Assembly (NCBI GenBank): GCA_963717145.1
Contig: OY970325.1
Location: 1,984,001 to 2,048,000, forward strand
Length of the DNA: 64,000 nt
Source: an uncultured Armatimonadetes bacterium
GTDB taxonomy: Bacteria; Armatimonadota; UBA5829; DTJY01
Reading direction: 5' to 3'
In this document: piece after piece, positions 1 to 10,400 of the stretch
Position numbering within the stretch: the stretch's first letter is position 1
How the letters are laid out: each line of letters begins with the position of its first letter
Notes under the pieces: generated by a model
What the model was told of the DNA's origin: nothing
What the model saw: only the letters and a program-made list of their open reading frames with translations
Databases searched by the model: none
Translations under genes and position numbers: made by a program

Positions 1-2209
1 TGCCGCACGGCCCGCCCAGATCAACGGGCCAGGAGGTGTTGATCAGCGCGCCATCCTGATCCCACGCGTAGACGTTTGATCCGGCGCAGGCGATCACGGA
101 CATGGTGCCGTTGCCCTCGATGTCTCCCACGACGGCGACTCCGGGACTCGTACTATCCGTATCCGCCTGCCAAAGGAGCTTGCCGTCTGCGCGATACGCC
201 ACCATAGCTCCCTGATCGCTCCCAACAAGGATCTCATCCACGCCGTCACCATCGAGATCCGCGAGCACAAGTCCGGTACACAGGCCGGACAGAGGTAGAT
301 GCTGTGGCCATCCTGCAACGGCCCTTCCATAGTGCGTCCATGCGTATATCGAGCCTTCGCTCGTGGCGGCAACGACCTCCGGCCTCGCATCTCCGTTCAG
401 GTCGCCTGCAGCCAACTGAGAGACGGATCCGTCACAGAACGTGCCGATTTGGACCCAGCCTGGCAGGTCTTCCATCTGGGAGTTCTTCGCGCGAAGCGTC
501 CAGCAATCCACCCCTGATCTAGCCGAGTAGACGATGTCCTGGACGCCATCGCAGTCAAGATCGGCCAGGAGGACCGTTGTCCCCTGATATGTCATCAGCG
601 GCCAGCCCGCTTCGTTGGTTACGGACGCTACAGTCACGAGCTCGGATTCGATCGGGAACCCGGCGCTGTCCACACTCTTCCCGGATTCGACCTGCACGTC
701 AGACGACGAAGCGATCCGTATACCGAACTGATCTCCCAGGTCGGCCATTTCAGAGCCTTCGCAAACGAGCAGCAGATGACTCTCTTCCGCGCCGCTCACG
801 CTGAACGACAACTGAGCAGTGCCCCCGGTCCCTGCCACGGTGGCAAGAAGCGACTCGCCGGAGTCTACCACTCCATCGGCATCCGTATCGGCATATACCA
901 GGATGCTGTCGAGTTCATCGCCGCAACTGCCACTGTTCTGTATCGTCAGACCCGTGACCAGGACCGAACCGCCATTCGTGTTGAAACAGAGTTCCTCCAC
1001 GGGCACAGTCGCGCCCGGGAGTACGAATGCGTCCGGGCTTACGTCCTTGCCGTTCACTCTCACGGTGTTCGGCGGGATCGTCACCTGGATGTCAGCGGTG
1101 ATATTGAGTCCATCGACAGCAATCGAACTCAGCCCGACCAGGGTTTCGTGGCCATTCGACAGGTCGCTGTTCGGAGTGCTCGAGGAGTTGAACACGGTTC
1201 TGCCCAGAGTCCCTGGCCAGGAATCGCTCGATTGTCCGGCCCCTCCGTCCAAGACGAGGTCCGCATTACCATCGGCCTCCTCGATGTGGATCGCATAGGG
1301 GGGAACGTCGCTTACAACATGGTAGACGACCAACCCGCTGCCGGGCAGTCCTTGATCGTACCCGGTCTTCTGGCGGTTCTCCACCAGGAAGTACTCGCCC
1401 GACGCGATACCGTTCGACGCAAGCTTGTATACCACGGGGTCGGTTCCCGCCGGCGGGATGGTCACCGAGGACAGGTTCTGAGTCGGCACTGTCGGAGTGA
1501 CCCACCCCATCTGTATCTTGCAGAAAGCGTCCATGTTGACCCCGGCGTTCGCGCCGGTTCCCATCATCGACCAGTTGCCGAAATGAGGACGCGCTGCAGG
1601 CCAGTACTCGTCGTAGAAGTCGCTCAGGCTCATCAAGTGGCCGAGTTCATGTGCAAAGAGCTGCCAGCCGTCGTCTTCATCCCCAAACGTCGCGTTAGTA
1701 ATGTGGACACCGTCGACTTGGATATCGAGAGTTACGGCAGACCGCCTTCCCGGGTCCGCCGAGCCTCCGATAATCAGGAATAACGCATCCACATATCCGT
1801 CGCTGTTGCCGTCGAAATCCGAGAAGTCAACACCATCGGCATCAGCAGCGGCGATCGCAGCCCCGAAGAGTTCCGAAACCTCGAAAGTATGGTACGGACC
1901 CTCCTCGATAATGTAATGACTCCAGGGCTCAGGCATCCGGTACCAGCCGAGCGCCTCGCCGTTGATATCCAGAGCGCCATAGGAGTTGACGTCGTAGTAA
2001 TCATGCAGAGACCCGCCGGATGGAGGCGGATCCCCATAGAGCCACGCTTGGATGCTCTCTACTGATCCGGTTGCCTGAGCGTCACTGAAATCAACGCAGA
2101 GGGTGCAGATCTTGGCCTGCCCTGTTGACGGGCAGTACACAGCCAGCCCAGGCGCAGCGGTCGCCATAATCAGGGAAAACAATATTACTGCTCTTGACAG
2201 GTGTTTCAC
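1..2209 (-). CDS. Secreted M6-family (immune inhibitor A-like) metalloprotease with FG-GAP-like repeats; runs off the left edge of the window
   Basis: Absent from the ORF track because it has no stop in the window. GTG at 2209 after GAGGAGG; reads MKHLSRAVILFSLIMATAAPGLA (signal peptide), SLHDYYDVNSYG, VDFSDFDGNSDGYVD, zinc motif FAHELGH (about 1637-1657), later ADLDCDGVQDIV and GDIEGNG repeats in the same frame. Confidence 0.85.
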   Translation of the reverse strand, partial: MKHLSRAVILFSLIMATAAPGLAVYCPSTGQAKICTLCVDFSDAQATGSVESIQAWLYGDPPPSGGSLHDYYDVNSYGALDINGEALGWYRMPEPWSHYIIEEGPYHTFEVSELFGAAIAAADADGVDFSDFDGNSDGYVDALFLIIGGSADPGRRSAVTLDIQVDGVHITNATFGDEDDGWQLFAHELGHLMSLSDFYDEYWPAARPHFGNWSMMGTGANAGVNMDAFCKIQMGWVTPTVPTQNLSSVTIPPAGTDPVVYKLASNGIASGEYFLVENRQKTGYDQGLPGSGLVVYHVVSDVPPYAIHIEEADGNADLVLDGGAGQSSDSWPGTLGRTVFNSSSTPNSDLSNGHETLVGLSSIAVDGLNITADIQVTIPPNTVRVNGKDVSPDAFVLPGATVPVEELCFNTNGGSVLVTGLTIQNSGSCGDELDSILVYADTDADGVVDSGESLLATVAGTGGTAQLSFSVSGAEESHLLLVCEGSEMADLGDQFGIRIASSSDVQVESGKSVDSAGFPIESELVTVASVTNEAGWPLMTYQGTTVLLADLDCDGVQDIVYSARSGVDCWTLRAKNSQMEDLPGWVQIGTFCDGSVSQLAAGDLNGDARPEVVAATSEGSIYAWTHYGRAVAGWPQHLPLSGLCTGLVLADLDGDGVDEILVGSDQGAMVAYRADGKLLWQADTDSTSPGVAVVGDIEGNGTMSVIACAGSNVYAWDQDGALINTSWPVDLGGPCG

Positions 2210-2565
2210 TGTTCAACCTCCTCGCCATACCGAAACGTAGTAGTGGGGTCTGCCCGCGGTGTTTGCCATCCGTGGCCATCGCAGTTGAGGTGGCCCGGGG
2301 ACGGAGCAGCCAAATCTCCGAAGATGAAAAGGGCTTCGGCCAGGGACGATGAGTAGGTGTCTCTGCGCGAGATCGAGATATCGGTCCCACACATCGACGG
2401 CCAGACGAGCTTGATCTGAGGGGGTGAGGACTGAATCTGGGCCGTCGGCCCGTGCGCAAATGGAGACTGCCCGAGCGCCGGCTTCTGGGGCGTGACGGTA
2501 CAGAGAAGGCCGATCAACACAACTAACCACAACGCTGGTGTTACTTTGTAGCTGTACTTACGCAT
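2206..2565 (-). CDS. Small putative secreted protein
   Basis: AGGAGGAG RBS, hydrophobic N-terminus, GTGA stop/start overlap with the M6 protease gene. Confidence 0.55.
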   Translation of the reverse strand: MRKYSYKVTPALWLVVLIGLLCTVTPQKPALGQSPFAHGPTAQIQSSPPQIKLVWPSMCGTDISISRRDTYSSSLAEALFIFGDLAAPSPGHLNCDGHGWQTPRADPTTTFRYGEEVEQ

Positions 2566-3332
2566 GACTGTTCTCCTCCTGAGTTGGTCTTAAGTCCTAC
2601 TACTTGCCATGCCAGCTTGTACTGCACGTGCCTCCTTTCCGACCAGGAGTCTCAGACTACATCGAGGATACTGGCCGGTCCGAACCTGCATTGCCAAGCC
2701 GAGATTCCCCGCATATCCCGATGATCGCTATCACTACTGGCAGGGAGATAACGCATCTGGATAGTCTCATTTTTTCAGTTCCTTGAAAAGCTCTGATGTT
2801 ACCTTACTATATTTCGTCTTGCGAATTCCTCGCCACTCCTTTCTTCGCCGAACGCATCGCCCGTCAGCCGTCCGCATCGGTACGCGGTTGCCTCTCCGGG
2901 GTGCAAGGGCACACGGACACGTTCCAATGCTTGGCGAACCATTCTCGCCACGTACCTCCATTCGACGAGCGGGCGTTCATTCCTTCCCCGAGCAGCGACA
3001 AATGATCTACTAACTACAATCTGAACGCCTTGCACTGCTAGACGACGTGCGTCTGCTATAGACGGAAGGCCTCGGACTGCCAGTCTTAGGGCACTTGTTG
3101 GAAGCGGAGGGCACGGGCTGCTGGACTGAGCCTGATCTTACGCTTCCTTGATCCCTGGTGACATTTCCCTCAGAGGCGCGGGTTCATGGCGGTCCGACAC
3201 TTGCCCGCCCTGATGTCACGTCATTGCATCAACCGGCACTTCTCTCTAAGTCCTGTGGCCTCAGACCGACTCTGAATGTCGGCAACCATTTCAAGGGGCG
3301 ACAGGCGCACGATAACCTGGTAATAATACCGG

Positions 3333-3361
3333 GTGACTTGGCAGGCAACCTGTGATATAAT
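3333..3361 (+). promoter_or_regulatory. Putative sigma70 promoter upstream of the riboswitch and RHS operon
   Basis: GTGACT-17 bp-TATAAT (3356-3361) with extended -10 TG. Confidence 0.55.
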
Positions 3362-3396
3362 ACAGGCGCAATCTTCGTGTCAATCCCGTCCGATGT

Positions 3397-3468
3397 GGTA
3401 GCTATGAACCGCCGTTCTGGCAATACCCTGGTCACCCGAACGGCGCGGAGCTAGTGGTGACACCGACC
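3397..3468 (+). promoter_or_regulatory. c-di-GMP-II class riboswitch aptamer
   Basis: GGTAGCTATGAA...CTGGTCAC...GAGCTAGTGGTGACACCGACC matches the recalled c-di-GMP-II pattern; stem CGCCGTTC 3410-3417 pairs with GAACGGCG 3438-3445; GGTC 3430-3433 can pseudoknot with GACC 3465-3468. Confidence 0.8.
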
Positions 3469-3621
3469 GCGGCCGGGGAGGTTTGTCGGTGACATCCAGA
3501 GGCTCATTGCATCCGCTGGCACACGTGGTGACTGTGGGGAGCAGCGGGACATGGTGCTCTGTGCGACGGGACGTAGCTCGGTAAGCCGTTACGGAACCTG
3601 TAAGTCAGTCTCTTTTGGCAG

Positions 3622-4416
3622 ATGAGGCCCGTGATAATGGAACCGTATCTTAACGCGCTGGGGCTGTTTACGCTGCTGAATCTGGCCTGGTGGACAACGC
3701 TGTACCTGATCACGAGGCTACGAACTACAGCACAGTCACATAAACCGCTCATCTTCGGAAACTTCGTCGTGACGTTTCTGTTGGGCGTTGCTTCCTCATA
3801 CGTTGCCGGCATCTTCCCTTCTCCCACAGCCTTCCACAACCTGCCCCCGTCAGACCTGATTGCGTCGTTCGCGAAACAGACAGACACGGATGTCAATGCC
3901 TACGGCATCCCCTGGGATGGATTTGACGACCAGCGGATTACGGGGCATTCCAAAGTGTGGTGGAACAACGAGAAACCGTCTGAGTTGTCCCGCACTTGCT
4001 GCAGACTCCATGTCACGCTCGACAATCCGGACGAGAGTCGGCGGCCATACGCAGGAATGTACTCCAACTTCTTCAACCCACCTAACCAGAGCTATGATTT
4101 CAGCAAATATTTGGGTCTAAGCATAAACTGCAAAGTGGAAGGGAACGAGGTTGTTTACTATATGCAGGTAGCTACCATGAATATCCATGATGATGCCTAT
4201 TATGAGTTAGAAATCCCATATAGCCAAAACGATAAGGGCTTTACGACATGTCAGCTTCGTTTTGTGGATTTCGCCCAGCCGTCGATAGAGCGTCTGCAAG
4301 CAGACTTTGAGTTGCAGCAATCGTTCAGGATCGCTGTCTTGGCGCGCCCCAGAAACAATGATGGCAAAGTGCACACAGGCGTGATATGGATCGACAGCAT
4401 TCAGCTATTTCGGTGA
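3622..4416 (+). CDS. Membrane protein (2 TM) with a C-terminal galactose-binding-like (CBM11/CIA30-like) domain
   Basis: Two hydrophobic segments, then YDFSKYLGLSINCK...LRFVDFAQP...IWIDSIQLF; the start may be ATG 3637. Confidence 0.7.
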   Translation: MRPVIMEPYLNALGLFTLLNLAWWTTLYLITRLRTTAQSHKPLIFGNFVVTFLLGVASSYVAGIFPSPTAFHNLPPSDLIASFAKQTDTDVNAYGIPWDGFDDQRITGHSKVWWNNEKPSELSRTCCRLHVTLDNPDESRRPYAGMYSNFFNPPNQSYDFSKYLGLSINCKVEGNEVVYYMQVATMNIHDDAYYELEIPYSQNDKGFTTCQLRFVDFAQPSIERLQADFELQQSFRIAVLARPRNNDGKVHTGVIWIDSIQLFR

Positions 4417-4476
4417 AACCATGAGCCTATATTCACCACTGGATAACATGAACCGATCACATGACGAGGAGGCATC

Positions 4477-7400
4477 ATGAGTACCAATGCGCGCACGGCG
4501 CGGTTATGCGCAATATGTTTGGGCCTATTGTTATTCGCTTCGGCAGCCCACGCGATTCCTGGAGACGCTGATGGCAATGGCGTGGTGAATATCGAGGATG
4601 CCAGGTGTATTGCTCGCTTCCTGGTCAACCAGATACCCGCGATTCCTCGCCCGGTGGACGCTGATGTGACCCAGGACGGCAAGGTGGACATCGAGGACGC
4701 ATTCGTCATAGCGAAACGAGTGAACGGGCAGTCTCTGATCGTGCTGGTTGCCGCTCCGATATATGGACGGGAGAGCGTGCTGCCGATTGGCGATATCGTC
4801 CGTGTCCGCGTTTTCGAACACTTCGCTCCATTCAACATCACTGGCGGAACCGTCCGCATTCGTTCAGCAAGCAAGGGCTATGACTCGGGCGATCAACACC
4901 TGACATTCGAGCGTGACGGACGTTCGCTCTACTACGATTGGCCGACCGGAGGGCTCGCACCATCTTCGGACTATGAAGTGAGCGTGGCACTGACCAACCC
5001 GGTGGGACTGGTGATGAAGGCAAGCGGAGCAGCATATGCCCCTGCCGCGAGTAGTCAGCCGGCTGCCACAGCCACACTCACCAATCGCGTCTTCGAACCG
5101 AAGTTCGTAGCGGCGAGCGTCGATGCCTCATGCCCGGCACCTGGGATTCCTCTTGAGTTCAGGCGGGTAGCGCCGAATGACCACGCTCATTACCCGTACC
5201 TCGGGCCTCTGGGAAGAGGTTGGAACCACAACTACGATATCAGCCTCGAGGAGTTCACCAACGGGAAGATCGCGTTCCACGGTCCTGAGGGGTTCAATCG
5301 GTTCTTCCAGAGCAATGCCGACGGCACCTACTCACCAACCCCGGGCGACTATGCGACCCTCACGCGGGATCCGAGCGGTGTGTATCAGCTCAAGGAGAGG
5401 GACGGTTTCATCTATTGCTTCAGACCCGACCTGAAGTTCAACTACGAACAGGACCTGAACGGCAACCGGATCAGCGGAGTGTATGATGGCTCTGGTCGGT
5501 CGGTGGAGATCAGGCATTCCTGCGGGAAGTCGCTGCATCTGGAGTACAACTCGCGGGGACGCATATCGAAGCTGACCGACCACATAGGCCGGGCAGTAAC
5601 CTTTGAATATGATACTACAGGCCAGATGCTGCTCAGGGCTACGGATCCTGCGGGAGGCGTTACCGAGTACGCTTACGTGACCCCGCAGATCTACTGCTAT
5701 GCGCTTGGGATTGTGCCCGTGGGCGGTGGCAGCAATTGCGTGAGCGCTAACCAGGCCTTGGACTACCGAATACTGACCGTGAAATACCCGGACGGCACAT
5801 TCACCCAGTATCAGTATGATACGGAAGCGCGTCTCACCAGACAGACCGGCACTTGGGGCGCTAACCCGACAAACTACAGTTACGATGCCGACGGGACCAC
5901 GCACGTGACGGACAGCGTGGGGGCACAAGTCACTCTCAGAGTCAATGACAACGGGCAGCCGCTCTCAGTAGTCGATCCGGGCGGATCGCAGACTGAGATA
6001 GACTATAATGCAGCGGGCAACCTGATCGGCGAGACTGATCCGCTTGGCCGCCTCACCCAGCTGGACTATGACTCCTCCGGCAACGTGACCAGCGTCACCA
6101 ATGCGCTCAATGAGACCGTTCAGTACGGCTACGACCTCCGTTTCAACAAGCCGTCTTACGTCACCGATCCACTTGGGCGCGAGACCAAGTTCGACTACGA
6201 CACCTATGGGCAGTTGATTGCGGCGACCTATCAGGACGGATCCGTGGAAAGTTATGCGTACGACGCTCAGGGGAATCTCGTTTCAGTCACGGACGCGGAG
6301 GGCAGAGTCACTCAGCACACTTACAGCGCTCAGGCCCTGCTGACATCGACCACCAACGCGCTGGGCAACGCCACGGCCTTTGCGTACAACGCCTTCGGCG
6401 ATCTCACAAGCGTGACGGATGCGAAGAGCCACGCGGTCGCTTTGACCAGGGATACCCTAGGCAGGCTCACGCGGCGCACTTACCCCGACGGGTCGCATGA
6501 GGACTATGAGTATGACACCGGGGGCAAGGTAAGGGCGTTCGCGAACAGGCGCGGCGAGCGGACGACGTTCGCGTACGATGCCGCAGGACGGCTGACCGAG
6601 AAGACGTACGCCTCCGGGAAAGCAGTGCACTATCAGTATGATCCGAGGGGGCTGCTGTCTCGCGTGGAAACGATATCCGGCGGAGTGACTTCCTTTGGTG
6701 CGTATTATGAGTACGATCTCGAGCGCCGGACGACCGTCGCCAAGTCCCCGGGCAAGAACTCGATGGAGACCTATGACGTCGCGTACGCCTACGATGCCGC
6801 CGGCAACCGGAAAGCAATGGTCTATCCCGACGGGTATCTGATCAACTATGAGTACGATGCGGCAAACCGGCTCAAACGGATCTCCGATTCCGTGAACAAG
6901 ACCATTGTCGCCTATGATTATGACGCCGCGGGCCGCCGAACGAAGAGGACGCTGGGGAATGGAACCTATGCGACCTACGAGTATGACACCATGGACCGGC
7001 TGACCACGCTGGTCAACTACTCTCCATCCGGCGCGGTGCAATCTCACTTCCAGTACACGCACAACAAGGCGGGCATCCGCACGTCGATGACCACGCTGGA
7101 GGGAACGCACTCTTACACATATGACAATGCTTACCAGCTCACAGGAGTTCAGTATCCCGCTGGCAGGACCGTTACTTACTCGTTCGACAAGGCCGGCAAC
7201 CGGGCAAGCGTAAATGACAATGGAGTGCCCACGACCTACGCGACCAACGCACTCGACCAGTACACCAGCGCGGGTGCGGAAACCTTCACATACGACGCCG
7301 ACGGCAACCTGGCGTCCAGCACGAAGAGCGGCTCGACTGTGAGCTACGGTTGGGACGAAGACGACCGCCTGGTGAGCGTGAGCCGGAACGGTGTTCAGAT

Positions 7401-10400
7401 CAGCTATCGTTATGACAGCCGGGGGCGACTTGTCTCGAAGACCATCGGCGGGCTGGAGACGCGCTATGTGTGGGACGGCGTCGACCTGATCGCCGAGATG
7501 AACTCCGCTGGTCAGTTGACGAAGCGATTCGTCTACGGTGCCGCGATCGATGAGATTGCCCTGGTCAGCGCAGACAGCGCGAGCTACTGGTGCCAGCAGG
7601 ATGGGCTCGGGAGCGTGATCGGTACCACGAATGGCGCGGGTTCCGTTGTCGCTACGTGCTCATACGATGTTTACGGCAACGTTCGAAGTGGAGACCTCGC
7701 GGCAGTGCCGCAAAGATTCGCGGGGATGCGGTGGGACGCGAATGCTGGCTTATACTATGTAAGGTCGAGGTGGTACAGCCCGGGAACCGGGCGGTTTGTC
7801 TCGGTTGATCCGCTGGACGGTCAGAACACAAGTAACTGCTATGCGTACTCGCGTAACAGCCCGCTCTCCTGCACGGATCCCTCGGGACTGAGAACACTTC
7901 AGTCGCAGTTCTCTCAGTTCGGTACTGGTGTCTTGCAGGTTATCGGCGGAGGCATCACGGCAGGCGTTGGCATAGCTGGAACGGCAGGCACGGCTGGGGC
8001 GTCTCTCTTCCTCACAGTCACTGGTGCGTACACGCTAGGGAGCGGGATGATGAACATAGTCAACTCATTCTCGAGTGTGGACAATTCGGCGCTGATAACA
8101 GGAGGGATATTCAGTTCGGTGTCACTGTTCAGCAACAACAAGGATGTTCATACCTGGGGAAAGATCGCCGACTACGGTCAATCGCTGCTCTCTCCATCTC
8201 TTGATAAGATTCTGTATAAGGTGCCCAATTGGCTCGCGGATCTTCCGGACATTGTCGGTGCGTTCGAAGATACTTGGGACAGTCTGGTTGACATAGGCAA
8301 GTCACTCAACGACGGTGGAAGTGGCACCATCCACCGTGCTATTGGGCCTGATAACGGCTTCGGGGGAGGCTATGGTGGAGGGGGCGGTGGAACGTGCCCA
8401 ACCTTCGTCCAGGGCGGCAACCAACGCCGGGCTTCCGAGAGCAACATTGCCGGACTATCCGGTCGAATAGAAGCCCCCTGGCCCGGCTCGCTGCTTCGGT
8501 CCGACATTCCTATCTACGGCATCGCTGCAGGAAGCGACTTCAAGAGCTACCGTGTCGAATACGGCGAAGGGACAAGTCCATCTCAGTGGCATTTGATAGC
8601 GGAGTCCGACAAGCTCCAGGAGAAGTGCCCGAGCTTCAAGGACATCTCCTGGATGCAGGGCGACCTTAACCTTGCCGGCAACCTGGCGACCTGGAACACC
8701 GGGCTCAAGAACTGGGAGCATCTGCCCTGGCATCCGGCCGAGGACGCCATCGACCTCAACGGCGTGTATACCATCCGCCTGGTCGTGACCGGGAAGGACG
8801 GCAAAGAGGTCGAGGACAAGATCACTTGCGAGGTTGGCCGGGCCATCGCCCAGTGCCTGCCCGGAATCGCGGTCAGCCCCGACAGACGCGTGACAATGCG
8901 CTTCCCGGAGCAGTCGCTCACTCATCCGTTCAGAGTGTATACCATCCTGCCGCTATCGGATGCCGGAGAGGACATGCCCGCGAAGCCCAAGGGCTTTGAG
9001 TTGGTCGGTCCGGCATATCGAGTGAGGGAGCCTGGGGACAAGTTCATCAAGGATGTTTCCCTGGAGTTCACGCCGAAAGCCGATGAGCTCTCCGGCAGAG
9101 ACGTGAAGCGCGTGGGCATGTGCCGCTATGACACCGCAAAGAAGGAATGGGTGTGGCTTGAGACCACTCGTGAGAACGGAGCATTCCTTGTAAGACTTTC
9201 AGAGCTTCCATCGCCGAGGGCGATCTACGCACTTGCATTCGACCCGAATGCTGAACGCTCTTCGCCCGCGAAGCCCGCTCAGCCGCCAGCCACGGTAGCT
9301 TCCGCAAAGCCCGGAGTCTTCGTCGATGACACATTCGAGCAGGACATGGGTTCCTTCAAGGCGCGCGACAGACTCGTTGGCGCAACACTGGCCAGGGACA
9401 ACACCGCAAGACGAGACGGCTCCTACTGTCTCAAGCTGGAGAATGAGAATCAAGGCGGCAACTTCTCCTGCACTGTTGTGGATACTCCATTTGACATCAA
9501 GGAGTATCCGCTCCTTTCATTCGACTACCGCGTCAGACCGGATGTCAAAGCTGATCTTTACCTCAAAGCCAACGGGCGCTGGTATAACGTGGGGTTCACC
9601 GATGATCCCGTCGACTATCGGCACAAGGATGTCAACATCGCAAACCTGGGGGTGATTCAGGGAGTGACCGCCGACGACAACTGGCACACCGCCAAGGTCG
9701 ATCTGAGGATGCTCTCCCAACAGACCCGTCAGACCCGAATAGACGAGATCATGGTGGCCGACTGGGACCTGGGCGGGTACATGTCGCTTGCATTCGGCAA
9801 CAACGCCCGTGGGTCCGTGCTCTACCTCGATAACATCAAGATCAGCGGCCCCACAAAGACTGCAAATAGTCCCGACGTGATTGCGGTCGACGATTTCGAT
9901 GGATCTACTACCCTGAACTCACTTGGTGGGGCGAGCGGCACCTACTCCAACCCCGGCTGCGAATACGTCAAGGCTGTAGTCGATCCCAAGTCCGGCAATA
10001 TCGGCTCGGAAAAGGGCAACCGATCGATTCGCCTGTCCTTCGATGTCACGAATCCTGATGCATATGCCGGTTACTGGACCTCCATCGACAAACTGGACCT
10101 GTCTGACTACTCGACACTGCGATTCAGGATGAGATCGGATGACAAGGACGCACCTCAGATCATTGCGGGGATACGGACTAAGAGTGGAGTAGAGGGCCGC
10201 GCACCGGTGGCGGGCTACATGTCCGCACAGAGTCAGGATGGCTGGTACGATGTGGGAGTCCCACTATCCGCAATGCGTGGGCTGTTCACTGGCCCGGATC
10301 TGGTGTCTCCTGACATTCTGTTCCTTGCCGCCAGCAACAAGGAAGGCAGTGGCAAGGGAGCAGTTCGGGTCGATGATGTCACGTTCGACCGTTCTTCTCA

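Noticed and set aside
776-1783. 335-aa plus-strand ORF
   Set aside because: Antisense shadow of the M6 protease frame; no recognisable motifs.
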